Assembly (NCBI GenBank): GCA_964106645.2
Contig: OZ067044.1
Strand: one strand, 5' to 3'
Length of the DNA: 64,000 nucleotides
Source of the DNA: Podarcis pityusensis
Lineage: Eukaryota
Made by a program: the position numbers and the translations under genes. Shown here one piece after another: positions 54,161 through 63,101 of this stretch. A model generated the notes under the pieces. It was not told where the DNA came from. It saw nothing but the letters and a program-made list of their open reading frames with translations, and made no database searches. Positions within the stretch are counted from its first letter, which is position 1, and each line of letters begins with the position of its first letter.

Positions 54161-57100
54161 TTTTACCTCGCCCATCTGGCTGGGTTTCCCCAGCCACTCT
54201 GGCCGGCTTCCAACAAAATATTTAAAATACAATAAAACATCAGACATTAAAAACTTCCCTAAACAGGGCTGCCTTCAGATGTCTTCTAAAAGTCAGATAG
54301 TTGTTTATTTCCTTGACATCTGACGGGAGGGCAGTCCACAGGGCGGGTGCCACTACCAAGAAGGCCCTCTGCCTAGTTCCCTGTAACTTCTCACAGTGAG
54401 GGAACAGCCAGAAGGCCCCACGGAGCTGGACCTCAGCTGAGGAATCCATAGCCTTCCGCATATTGTGGGAATCACGCTCTCATCAGGCCCAGCTAATATG
54501 GTTGGGGATGATGAGAGTTGTGGTCCAACAACGTATTGAGGGCCTCTAGGGTTCCCCCAAAAGGAAGGAAAACATGCCATCAAACAAACCAGACTCACCA
54601 TTTTACTCTTCACAAGCTCCTCTATTGCACTGACAAGTTCGGCTGCGCTGGGAGTCTCTGAGCTGGTAGGACGTACCAATAACCGGGAAGATGTCTGCAC
54701 AATGGGGTGAAAAGCAGGAGGAGAGGCATCCCCAATATCAATTTGAGGCTATACACACTATCAGTATTTGTCCCCGAGGCATCTTGCTAATGAACAAAAT
54801 GCCTCTCTTTCCACTTCTTTTTTTTTTAAAAAAACCCTCTATTTGACACAAGCACCAAAGGAAGTTTTAAATAAACTCTGGTATTGACAAACATTAATCT
54901 GCCTGTGTCCATTTAATGCTTTTATAATACCTGGATAGGATCTCATAATGCTCCATTTGCAGCTGGATGACTGGGAATATTTTTTGGAAACCCTTGATTT
55001 TTTTCTTTCTGTAGAACCTATCGAAGCTACTACGCAAACCCAATGCCGGATGTACCGAATTATCTAAGGATCCTTTCCCACCCCTCCCAATTCAACTCAC
55101 ATTATAAAGCCACAGGGAAAAGAACTGCAACGAATGAACGAAACAATAAATCAACTGGAGAGTAGGCTAAGACTACTAAACAAGGAGCCAATTGATGATT
55201 CTAAAAGGGAGCAGGGTCATTTTGCTCACCATTCCTTGTGCCATCCATCTCCCCCAAAGGTAAGTGCAGAGTCTAGAAGATCTCTGTCCTCAAAAGCTAC
55301 AAGAAGCCAATTTATGGCTGCAACTGAGGATAAAAGGTGTTGACAGCAAAAGGATATTGGGAGGGTTGGTGGCCACTGAATTTGGCTTTCAGTAATTAGC
55401 AAACATGCAAGCCTGTTTGCAGATTACATGTACCATTAAGTAACTGGAAGCTAAACAAGGCATAATAATATGAACCTCACTTCATATTACAAGGACCAGC
55501 AGGGATGTACAGCATGCAAACACAGGTTACGTTGTTCTTCACCACTGGACGGACATGTTAAACCAACAGGTACAATGCTTCAGAACACGGAACTCTGTTC
55601 AACCTCATCTATGGGAGCAGAAAGATTAGCTCCCATAATTTAAAGAATAGAAATAATAATATGCAAATTTCATGTGCTGTAGAGTTAGCTTCGATGAGAC
55701 AGGGGACATTGGGAGCGGGGCAAATGCGAGAACACACAAGAAACTCTAAATGGAGAGGTAGGGAAACTGAGCCAAAGCAGAGACAGAACATAAATCAACA
55801 TAATGCTACAGGAAGAGTAAAAAGAAAAGAAAGAAAAGAAACAAAGGAAAACAAAAACAAAAAAAAGATTAGTTATACAGTAATATAGCAGCTATCTTAG
55901 CAATTCTTTCCAAAACAAGAAGAAAACTCAGAAGCTACAATTTAAGCACAACTCATGATGATGTATGGCAATGACACCGCCAAATGGAAAACTGAAGAAT
56001 CTTTGTGATCCCGAGGGAAGTGGTTGTTATTTAGTGACACACGAATTAAGGTGGCCTGATAGTGCTAGCAGCTGGACAGGGATGTCACCTGAGCAAGTTT
56101 AAAGGGACAGGGAAATAGAGGCAGCCATTGTTGTTGTTGTCTCCTTCCTTTCTGCTCACTGTAACTGGGTAAACCTTGGATGTGTATCAGAATGGCAATT
56201 CTTTCACAATGACTGACTTGAAATACAAATCAGGAGATACCTTCTTTTTTTAAAAAAGCAATTAACAGCTTGGTTGTGTAGCACCAAAACACTGGAGAAG
56301 AATTAATTCCCACAGGAATACCATCATAAAACGGGAGGTGCATACTTACTTGTGAATTGTCTTTTTAATGGCTACGTATTACAACAAAACATGAACTTTT
56401 TGGGGACATATGCCTTGCAGCCCACTACAGCTTGAGACTGGAGTATGCCCATTCCTGCCCCAATGAAATTTGCTATACAGTGGTGCCTCGCAAGACGAAA
56501 TTAATTCGTTCTGCGAGTTTTTTCGTCTTGCGAATTTTTCGTCTTGCGAAGCAAGGTTTCCCAAAGTCTTCAAAATCACCAAAGTCTTCAAAAACCTCAA
56601 AAAAGGCTACCACACCGCATGCTATGAGTTGCTCCTCGAAGTCACCCTGGGTATTAACGGTTTTAAGAAAAAGGAAACAAACTTGCAAGACGTTTTCGTT
56701 TTTTGTCTTGCGAAGCAAGCCCATAGGGAAATTCTTCTTGCGAAGCAACTCAAAAAACGAAAAACTCTTTCGTCTTGCGAGTTTTTCGTCTTGCGAGGCA
56801 TTCGTCTTGCGAGGTACCACTGTATATCACTATGTTGTTTTTTTTATTTCCTTCAGGGATTTCCCCCCACATCAGCTTGGCTGCTGAGGCACCCTCACAA
56901 GTTCTAGAGAATTCTGGAAAATGTTCCTGAGTATACAAGGCAGTGCATAAGATATACACTGGCAAAGCCTGTGGGCCTCACCATAGCCGCATGAGAACGG
57001 AGATTTGACTTCCTCAGAACATGACCAAAACTGCTATGTAGCTACGCATGCATTACAGGGGAATATCAGTACTGTACTTGCAAAGAAGCCTTTTTCCAGA

Positions 57101-60100
57101 GAGCTGGTTCGCCATTACTGATCTTCTACTTGAGAAATGCCTACATGACGTTTCCAAGGAATCCTAGAATTCCCTGGAACACAGCTTGAAACCATGGCCC
57201 TAATGACTTCAAACTAAGGGATGGCACAAACATTACAAAAGTAGGAGAAGGAGAAGCTGAAGCAACTTGAACGCTGTCACATACTGAAGGTGGAGCTGAG
57301 ATAATTGTTAATTTCGCCTGTTGCCTGACTGGAATCTGAAGAGGAAAACCTTGACTCTAGGCCTAGTTGTGAGAACTGATCCAGAGATTGTGGGAATTAT
57401 AAATAATCCTTGTGGTAGAGGCATTCTTGGTTGCTTTAGTCTGAATGGCAAGTTATGTTGAATTCCTAAGCGTTGTAAGAAACTAGAAGATAAGAACCTG
57501 AGAACTGGACAGGTTACCACAGTTATACTATTATCTCAGACCTTGCAATAAAGCTGCAATAAGGAAATATGTGACTGCCAGACCTGCTTGTTTTTGTTTC
57601 ACCCTGTCAGGGTGAAAAATATTAAAGAAATAGGGGAAATGCTTTATGGTCAACCTATTGAACATGGAGAGAAAGAGAAAGATTCTCTGTAATCGGCTTT
57701 TACTAGTTTTTCCCATAGTTAGTATTATTTTTTCCAAATGGAACAGAGCAAAATATTTATAATGCAAAAGCTTTTTTGTACATAATAAAAGATTTCAGGT
57801 GTAATTACTGAGCCCAGGGAGAGGAAAACTCAGCCAAACCTAGTTGCTTGAATACGTCAACTAGAGCTTGCCACATTTTGGGTGTGTGTGTGTGTGTTTA
57901 AAATCCAATCAGGATGAAATTACACAAGTTCCCTTTAAATCACTACCGGGAGGGGGGAATGGGGGGCGGGAACGGGATGTGATTCATTTGTGCCTCTGAC
58001 GATTTCGCTAGGGACATAGCACAAGGTGGGTTTATGGCACAACGAGAGTTCTTGGTTGTGAGGGTAACTAGGGGCAGTGAATAAATTGCGCAGAGGCAGG
58101 AAGAGGCTGGCCTCTTACCCTAAGCTACTTTTCAATGAAATTTCTGTGTTCCTGGCTCCAGTGAGACAGAGAACAAGCCCAGACAACTGTTTAGCAGGCC
58201 TATGAAAGATGGCATTTCAGGTTAAAAGACTGGCACAAGTGTGTTTAGGAGTGGGGTATCAAGAGTCACAAAACAGTATCAGTGTTGGCGATCGAAGGGT
58301 TAATGATAAAGCCCACATTAGATTCTAGCCTCAGTTCAGATGGTTGCCCAGAACTTTAGACGAAGGAGGAGTGATTCCCTCAGCCCTCCTCTGTGCAATG
58401 ATGTCAGCTATGAACCGGGTGCTTCACATCAACACCCAATCACACGTACGATTATGAGTCAGCGTGAGTGTGGGTGTCAGTTTGGAGCACCCTGTTATAT
58501 AACTGCGTGTGTAAATATGAGCGTGCATGCAGGTTTGGGCCACTCCTGCACCATAAAAAGGCCTGGGCAAGTGTTTTAACAGAATGGAAAAGCCATTTGG
58601 CACAATAAACAGCGATTAGAACTCTTAATATTGCCTTATACGTATGTCAATCATCTAAGTAGAATCTACCCAACTAGGAAAGCAGATGAGTTTTTTTTAT
58701 AAAAAAAGTAAAGCAAGTTTTGAGATGCATTTCCAAACCCCGTGCTGCTTTTTTCTGTGATTCTGTGACATGGATAGCCAATCACAAAGCTCGCATGGTG
58801 TCCATCAAGCATCATGCATGTATTTTTCTCACCATATTCTCAGAGAATGTGTGAGCAATGACCGGGCCAAGGCGGAAGCCCTATTTGCCCCGTAGCAAAA
58901 CACAAGCATGCAACCGATGGTGGATTTTATATTCTGGCATTTGTACTGGCGCACAGAGAAGTCCTGTGAGAAAAAAAATCCCTTTAAAAAGTAGTTGACA
59001 CTTGCACCCTCTAGCACTGTCAAGTTTATACGACACACGGGACTCCAGAATGGAGAAATGCGGAGGAATGGGTGGAAATTAACTTGTAATGGTTTGTCAA
59101 ATTACTTTCCAGACCTTTAGGACTGTTCAGGTGCTGCTTCCCTCTTCACGCTGCTATGTATGGCGAGACTGAGACAATGTCTCTGGCTCATGAATATTCT
59201 TCCCCAGTCCTCTCACAGCATGCAGAACATGGCTCCAAAAAGACAGAAGTTCCTGTGTTTCTAATACAGTGGTATCTCGGTTTTCGAACGTCTCAGAAGT
59301 CAAACGTTTCAGTTTTTGAACGCCGAAAACCCAGAAGTAACTGCTTTGGTTTTCGAACACTTTTTGGAAGTTGAACGTATTGAGTTTTCCGTAAGTAAAT
59401 GCTTCCAGAAGTAAATTCTTCAGTTTTCGAACATTTCATAAGTTAAACGGTCTTCCGGAACGGATTACGTTAGAAAACCGAGGTACCACTGTATTCCAGA
59501 TCTCCTCTAACACTTCCTATTTTAAAACCACCAGACAATACAAATAGTGAGGAGAGCAAGGGTCTAGATGGAGGCACATGAACCTTAAAGGTCTGTTCCA
59601 GACTTTCCCACGCACAGAGATGAGAAACAGAAGCAAAATCCTTTCCCAGGGTGACAAAATGATTTTAGGTGCTTTACATTTAGTACGAGAGCTAGCATCT
59701 CAGCCAAAAGCAGCAGGGCCTCCAATGCTATGGAAGTTCTTAGCAGCTTCTGTGACATGGCATTCCTCAACTCACTGAATGGAGAAAGCTCTGACCCAGG
59801 TAGGGCTCCTTCTGTTGGCTGGAGCCCTGCGATAGCATCTGGGTAGGGGCTCAAATGTTTAATGTGCAAAAGAATCAAACTTATTCTAAGGACAGGAGGA
59901 ATTTGGGGTCTTCCTGTCCATCTTTAGGAACATTTCACTTTGGGTTCTACCATGCTTTTATACACTGTGGGAGTCAATTTTACTGAGCATGCAGGAAATT
60001 CCCACTGCTAGTCAGGATGTGGTTACCTTAACAATGATTAAGATCCTCAAGAAAACCACAAGGGTGTGGAAGGGGGGGTAGGAAACCCCCAAATGCTGAA

Positions 60101-61920
60101 AACATCTGCTCTGCCCAAAATGGTGGCTTGTTGCCAAGAAAGCGTAACCATGATCTCACATAAAAAAATACCCCGCCCCTCAAAAAAGGAAGAGGAAAAT
60201 ATTAAAAAGCAAAGTCACTGGTTTTTCTAAAGTGCATTTGGAAAATAAGTATTTGGTGCAGAACTAAGTCCGTGAGAAAACTATATACACAACAACAAAA
60301 TCTGTATTTTCGAAAAGTTAGGTGTGAATCATAAATTTTTGTTTATGTCAGAAGGCATAAATTATGCCGAGTGGGTGTGTTTTTTTAAAATTCAAACGAT
60401 AAGCCTGAAAGCAGCAGAACGTCGAGTGAAATGCAACATGTGAAGAATAAGGTTGCTTAGCAAAACTTTGCGCTGACAAAGCCTTCCAATTTGAGATGAA
60501 CGAAGGACAAAGGCAGACAAACAATCCAAAAAGATGGAAAGAACTTCCGCATGCCACAGTGATGGAGGGGCGAGATGTAGGAATGAGAACAGCTAGGCAG
60601 GATGATGTTCTGAAGGTCTAGGGAGGCACACCCAACCAACTCTTTCCCCGGACCTTCAGAAGATCAATGACAATGTTCCTCTTCAGGGAGGCCTTTGAGA
60701 AACAGGACTGAGGTTGCTCTACTCTGTGCTGTGGGTCTGGCTTGCTGTTTTATTGTTTTTAACTGTGTAGACTTCAAACTTTTGTGGCGCAGGGATTTTA
60801 TTACCACTACCACCACCACCACACAGGCTTCTGGATCTGAACCACCTACTACTCTCTTCCTGGTCTGTTCACAGGGAGCCCATACTGCTCTGCAAAATGT
60901 TCGGGTTTGACATGACACACTGCACGTCGAACAGCTTTGATTACCAAACACAAATCATTTCAGTCAAACCATTCTGCCACGGGATCTCCCTCCTTTCATT
61001 TATTTACCTTGTCATCCTGCGAATCTGGCTGGAGTAGACTGTGTTGCTGGATTGCCATTGGAGGGGGAAGTGGAACAGCATCAGCCCCTTCTTCACCTTC
61101 CTCCTCTCCACAACTCTGCATGCCTGACGAGGATGATTTGGAGAGGGTGCCACTGCTCAAACCCTCATTACGCCCTCTCTACAAATGTAACATTAACAGT
61201 ACTTAGCATTTATATAATGTTTCAGAATATGGAAATTACTTCATAGAGCCTCATCTTCTGACAACAGTCTTATAATGTCTGAAGGCCAGCATTTCTGGTA
61301 CATAGCCCAGTCTCTTACACACTGTCTCATCTCCCTTTCTAATATGCCATGAAAATTATCAAATCCGAGAGCACTCTATAGACCCCATCGCTATTCATAT
61401 ATCCTTTGGGAGAGTTCAGCACATTTTAACCTTCTGGTGGAAGAAGACAAGCCTCCCCAAAATGTGCTTTTAAGAAACATGTCAATTGACAGTAAAACCT
61501 GCAATGGCAGCAGTACTGATAACAAATGAGAATTTTAACTGGAAACCCATCATACAAAATAGAATGGAAGTTCACTCTGTTACTGAATTTGGACTGTGAA
61601 GAGGCGTTTGATGTCCTTAAAACAACAACAACCCTATGTTGGTTCAGAATCAAGTGGGCTTGACTATGTCCTAGCTCAGACAAGCAAATAACCCACGGTT
61701 TATGTGCTATGGAAGAAGCCATGCCGAATCTTGGGCTCACACCCTCCTTCCCCTCCCTGGAGAATTTAAGCTTCCACTTTAAAACAAACCCACTGTATTT
61801 TCAAATTTTGATTATTTCATACTAGAGCAAACACCTGCTCCCTAGAATTCTTGACCTCAGCCTGGTTTATAGGAAGCCATTAAAACAGGTACCTTTTTTG
61901 GAATCGTGGGACACTGTGTT

Positions 61921-61970
<50 letters not shown>

Positions 61971-63101
61971 TTTTATTTATATCCCGCCCTCCCCAGCTGA
62001 AGCCGGGCTTAAGAAACAGATAACTTTGCTCAAGCTGGGAGCATGAGGGAAGGGGGCAAGGAGGGCGTTTGAGCACAAACCTTGACCCCAGTTTCACAGG
62101 TCTTGGGTCATCAAACTGGGATCAGTATGTCTGAATTGGGCCAGAATGGTCACGTCTGTGTACTGAAAGTGCACTACAGACACATGCAAGTATGTCTTTT
62201 CAATATAGCAAAATTGGGCTCATGCTTCCATGTTAAAACTACTAAGGGGGAAGGGGCTAAAACACGTATAGGAAACCTCAATCAGAGATCATATCTTGCT
62301 GGTACTTAAACTGTTAGCTAATGTTAGTTAACAGTTATTTTTTCCACAACTGTCTGATTTAACTCTGCAGGATCAGAGTGCAACGTATCACATAGTATAG
62401 ATCAGGACAGCAATCACAAAGCATAGATGTTTCTGAATAGTCAAGATGTCCCGTGAGATTCCCTCTCTTTTCAGTGAAACATAGTGAAGAGAAATGAGGC
62501 AACACATTTTGAGGAATGAAAACAGCCAGATGCGGCTGTTTATGGAAGAGTGCCATGGAAGACTTAGAAAACAAACTGTTTGTTAAGGATTCTGGCAGCA
62601 ACGGAAGACAAGGAAGTATCTCTCTGGTCATAAAAAAAACCAAAACCAGACCCAGACAGTGGTGCTTCTCCCAGTGTGGCCAAGAACAAAACAAAAAGTA
62701 CCAAGATGCCATAGGTAGGGCCAAAAAATAATAATACCTGAATCGACACTCCTATTTCAATTTTGTGTGCCTATATAATATTCAAAGAAAAACTTGGAAA
62801 ACACACACCTCTTCAATAGTTTCATCTTGTGGTGTAGCAGCACTGTCATCGGAGTCCTTCTGAGAGCCAGTATCAGCGCTTTTGCGAACTTCGCCTCTCT
62901 TCTTATGCTTGTGGGCCAGTTTCTTGACATGCCCATCTGCCTTTCCACTGCTAAGTCGCCTCACTGGGCTGGTGAGCCATTTCCTCAGGGTGTTACCCGG
63001 GCGCTTTGGACCTGGGGAACTCTGTGCCCCAATCATATGGGGCTGGAGTGATGTCACCGACGCAGGAGGGCTGGCATCATTGCTGGAAACGGAAAGGGAA
63101 T
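14234..63101 (-). CDS. TRIO: TRIO (trio Rho guanine nucleotide exchange factor), 3' half; 23 coding exons, 5' part lies beyond the right edge
   Basis: Spliced translation gives DH2-PH2, SH3-2, Ig and a kinase with no FN3 between Ig and kinase (KALRN has one), ending SRLLPKV*. All introns are GT-AG with compatible phases. Confidence 0.97.
15573..16084 (-). mobile_element. Probable solo LTR in a TRIO intron
   Basis: TGT...TGACA ends; U3-like acidic ORF remnant resembling the LTR at 278-876; TSD degenerate. Confidence 0.4.
16318..16456 (-). CDS. TRIO: TRIO exon, kinase ([14 protein letters not shown]...HLDLK)
   Basis: catag|T acceptor, AAG|gtgaac donor; 139 nt; catalytic loop HLDLK. Confidence 0.94.
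16855..17192. mobile_element. BovB (RTE) insertion with 5' inversion
   Basis: [20 protein letters not shown]...GADCGSDH endonuclease peptide on +, fused to an inverted (CAA)n tail; 12-bp TSD GAGCTAAGCCAT. Confidence 0.85.
17920..19145 (-). mobile_element. Degenerate L1-clade LINE, ORF2 C-terminus and 3'UTR (boundaries approximate)
   Basis: [17 protein letters not shown] zinc-knuckle region. Confidence 0.7.
19303..19503 (-). CDS. TRIO: TRIO exon, kinase N-lobe (GRFSVIKRC...VAAKF...ILVLE)
   Basis: tgcag|G acceptor, AT|gtgtgt donor; 201 nt; Gly-loop and VAAK lysine. Confidence 0.95.
20694..20772 (-). CDS. TRIO: TRIO exon, kinase start ([25 protein letters not shown])
   Basis: ttcag|GT acceptor, AG|gtatga donor; 79 nt. 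Confidence 0.94.
20854..20975 (-). CDS. TRIO: TRIO exon, Ig domain second half (DLGEASLKI...[14 protein letters not shown]...RVL)
   Basis: tgcag|T acceptor, G|gtgggt donor; 122 nt; DxGxYxC Ig motif. Confidence 0.95.
21149..21311 (-). CDS. TRIO: TRIO exon, Ig domain first half ([37 protein letters not shown]...)
   Basis: cccag|TT acceptor, AG|gtacct donor; 163 nt. Confidence 0.94.
21357..21606 (-). mobile_element. CR1 LINE 3' end
   Basis: [24 protein letters not shown]...FKQRLD plus (ATTCTATG)n tail. Confidence 0.88.
22393..22420 (-). CDS. TRIO: TRIO 28-nt microexon (LLNPNYIYD)
   Basis: ttttcag|CTT acceptor, G|gtaagt donor; needed to connect phase 0 to phase 1. Confidence 0.9.
22989..23214. 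mobile_element. Tc1/mariner-type MITE
   Basis: TA|CAGTGGTACCTC TIRs; same family as 9306 and 63849. Confidence 0.85.
23369..23816. mobile_element. Tc1/mariner-type MITE (GCAAGACGAA family) with ~23-bp AAGCCGCTTATCAGCTGAT minisatellite
   Basis: TA|CAGTGGTGCC TIRs; tandem array about 23538-23690. Confidence 0.85.
24759..25102 (+). mobile_element. BovB/RTE LINE 3' end
   Basis: [26 protein letters not shown]...[10 protein letters not shown]; (CAA)n tail; 11-bp TSD AGCTACTACAA at 24748-24758 and 25103-25113. Confidence 0.9.
25781..25919 (-). CDS. TRIO: TRIO exon ([14 protein letters not shown]...NKVSVK)
   Basis: ttcag|G acceptor, AAG|gtaacc donor; 139 nt. Confidence 0.93.
26445..26711 (-). mobile_element. 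Truncated solo-LTR-like fragment
   Basis: Starts TGTCATGGACTGG; purine-rich U3-like content. Confidence 0.35.
26842..27089 (-). CDS. TRIO: TRIO exon, SH3-2 ([18 protein letters not shown]...[10 protein letters not shown])
   Basis: gacag|AGT acceptor, AA|gtaagt donor; 248 nt. Confidence 0.95.
29287..29466 (-). CDS. Candidate alternative last exon of [63 protein letters not shown]
   Basis: ctcac branch-like motif, pyrimidine tract, catag|GCAG| tandem acceptors; 59 codons plus TGA in frame with the upstream donors; no ATG needed, so absent from the ORF track. Confidence 0.4.
   Translation of the reverse strand, partial: AGLLRDSSAVHIHAYNSSPVPPQRDFEEKKNRPTGSKQRSILFPTVASQMNPRYPHGST
29901..30673 (-). 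CDS. TRIO: TRIO large Ser/Pro/Gly-rich linker exon (counts as exon 48 if the gene has 57 exons, as in human)
   Basis: ctcag|CC acceptor, GGG|gtaaga donor; 773 nt; [27 protein letters not shown] motifs. Confidence 0.93.
30768..30976. mobile_element. Tc1/mariner (Tigger-like) MITE
   Basis: TA|CAGTCAAACCTCGG...CCGAGGTTTGACTG|TA. Confidence 0.85.
31495..31902. mobile_element. pogo/Tc2-like MITE with GC-rich palindromic interior
   Basis: TA|CCGTATTTTTCGCCCTATAGGACGCACC TIRs. Confidence 0.85.
32188..32365 (-). CDS. TRIO: TRIO exon, PH2 end (VSGLCLEEN...[10 protein letters not shown])
   Basis: attaag|GTG acceptor, G|gtaaag donor; 178 nt. Confidence 0.93.
32679..33197 (+). mobile_element. L2-clade LINE 3' end with (AAT)n tail
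   Basis: [15 protein letters not shown] motif; (AAT)n at about 33153-33197. Confidence 0.8.
33815..34160 (+). mobile_element. Sauria-type SINE, full length
   Basis: GGGACGCGGGTGG head, B-box GGTTCGAATCC, CCTTTACCTTTA tail. Confidence 0.9.
35305..35654 (-). mobile_element. Sauria-type SINE, full length
   Basis: 11-bp TSD GAGCAATGTTA at 35294-35304 and 35655-35665. Confidence 0.9.
35830..36780 (-). mobile_element. Old L1-clade ORF2 C-terminal remnant (boundaries approximate)
   Basis: Degenerate [16 protein letters not shown] zinc-knuckle-like peptide. Confidence 0.45.
37165..37518 (+). mobile_element. Sauria-type SINE, full length
   Basis: Near-perfect TSD TAAAACCAATAC(T)ACCAA on both sides. 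Confidence 0.9.
37884..38075 (-). CDS. TRIO: TRIO exon, PH2 ([15 protein letters not shown]...FKNSIK)
   Basis: ttttag|GGT acceptor, AAG|gtaaga donor; 192 nt. Confidence 0.95.
38963..39053. mobile_element. 91-bp hairpin MITE with 9-bp TSD
   Basis: CATAGCTGTCAACTTTTCC TIRs; flanks CCTTACCTC and CCTTACTTC. Confidence 0.75.
39739..39816 (-). CDS. TRIO: TRIO exon, DH2 end ([26 protein letters not shown])
   Basis: caatag|AGG acceptor, GAT|gtaagt donor; 78 nt. Confidence 0.94.
40202..40252 (-). CDS. TRIO: TRIO exon, DH2 ([17 protein letters not shown])
   Basis: ttgcag|GAC acceptor, GAG|gtactt donor; 51 nt. Confidence 0.92.
40907..40999 (-). CDS. TRIO: TRIO exon, DH2 ([31 protein letters not shown])
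   Basis: gctag|GAC acceptor, AAG|gtaagg donor; 93 nt; [11 protein letters not shown] DH motif. Confidence 0.95.
41720..41855. mobile_element. hAT-type MITE
   Basis: 8-bp TSD GTTTAAAC at 41712-41719 and 41856-41863. Confidence 0.8.
42274..42363 (-). CDS. TRIO: TRIO exon, DH2 ([18 protein letters not shown]...FFE)
   Basis: ctgcag|GAG acceptor, GAG|gtaagt donor; 90 nt. Confidence 0.95.
43567..43815 (-). mobile_element. tRNA-derived SINE of a second family (Squam3-like)
   Basis: A-box GTGTGGTGTAGTGGTT head, CTCACAGAGTGTTTGTTGTGGGG core, (CTT)n tail. Confidence 0.7.
43896..43965 (-). CDS. TRIO: TRIO exon, DH2 ([23 protein letters not shown])
   Basis: ctcag|T acceptor, CAT|gtaagt donor; 70 nt. 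Confidence 0.95.
45377..49053 (+). mobile_element. 5'-truncated L1-clade LINE (ORF2 RT and C-terminus), interrupted by a MITE
   Basis: [34 protein letters not shown] and CWKC...HLWWTC motifs; AATAAA plus A-tail; 19-bp TSD GAAAAAATACATAATTTGT at 45358-45376 and 49054-49072. Confidence 0.93.
45660..46868. mobile_element. Long Tc1/mariner-type MITE (GCAAGACGAA family) with GC-rich palindromic tandem repeats
   Basis: TA|CAGTGGT...ACCACTG|TA; removing it restores the L1 frame GAIY-SEQKAK. Confidence 0.92.
49135..49452 (+). mobile_element. CR1 LINE 3' end
   Basis: [11 protein letters not shown] motif; ATTCTATGGTTCTATG tail. Confidence 0.8.
49606..49709 (-). CDS. TRIO: TRIO exon, DH2 ([10 protein letters not shown]...IFGN-like [13 protein letters not shown])
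   Basis: ctccag|GGT acceptor, GA|gtatgt donor; 104 nt. Confidence 0.95.
49864..49907 (+). repeat. (ATCT)n microsatellite
   Basis: About 11 perfect units. Confidence 0.95.
49931..50172. mobile_element. Tc1/mariner-type MITE
   Basis: AGTGGTACCT...AGGTACCACTG|TA. Confidence 0.75.
51010..51369. mobile_element. pogo/Tc2-like MITE
   Basis: CCGTA...TTTCCATGTATAA and TTATACATGGAAAAATACGG TIRs. Confidence 0.75.
52464..52530 (-). CDS. TRIO: TRIO exon, DH2 start ([22 protein letters not shown])
   Basis: ttgcag|C acceptor, GAG|gtatgt donor; 67 nt; canonical DH ELxxTERxYV motif. Confidence 0.95.
53199..53347 (-). CDS. TRIO: TRIO exon (ALEDRPSS...SLKRR)
   Basis: cttag|GCT acceptor, CA|gtaaga donor; 149 nt. 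Confidence 0.93.
53423..53580 (-). mobile_element. 5'-truncated Sauria-type SINE
   Basis: TSD ACATGCTGTA at 53413-53422 and 53581-53590. Confidence 0.8.
54120..54437 (-). mobile_element. L2-clade LINE 3' end with (AAT)n
   Basis: Same [11 protein letters not shown] peptide and 3'UTR as 32679-33197. Confidence 0.8.
54599..54694 (-). CDS. TRIO: TRIO exon (TSSRLLVRP...LVKSKM)
   Basis: gtgcag|ACA acceptor, ATG|gtgagt donor; 96 nt. Confidence 0.93.
55746..55805 (-). CDS. TRIO: Alternative last exon of [23 protein letters not shown] (Trio8/Solo/TrioC-type tail)
   Basis: About 55-nt pyrimidine tract, then tgtag|CAT; phase 0 after QDDK; 19 codons plus TAG; resembles the short hydrophobic tail I recall for mammalian Trio8/Solo. 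Confidence 0.8.
   Translation of the reverse strand, partial: HYVDLCSVSALAQFPYLSI
56478..56822. mobile_element. Tc1/mariner-type MITE (GCAAGACGAA family)
   Basis: TA|CAGTGGTGCCTCGCAAGACGAA TIRs. Confidence 0.85.
59267..59491. mobile_element. Tc1/mariner-type MITE
   Basis: TA|CAGTGGTATCTCGGTTTT...AAAACCGAGGTACCACTG|TA. Confidence 0.82.
61008..61178 (-). CDS. TRIO: TRIO exon ([10 protein letters not shown]...PDSQDDK)
   Basis: tgtag|AGA acceptor, AAG|gtaaat donor; 171 nt, phase 0-0. Confidence 0.93.
61923..61970 (+). repeat. (AAT)n microsatellite, tail of a short L2-type remnant
   Basis: About 16 units, followed by TTTATTTATATCCCGCCC. Confidence 0.9.
62809..63101 (-). CDS. TRIO: TRIO exon, linker after SH3-1 (DSLSVSSND...QDETIEE)
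   Basis: tttcag|AT acceptor, GAG|gtgtgt donor; 293 nt; [13 protein letters not shown] motif. Confidence 0.93.

Noticed and set aside
14234-63101. KALRN (kalirin) as the gene identity
   Set aside because: No FN3 between Ig and kinase; linker peptides and the RLLPKV C-terminus fit TRIO
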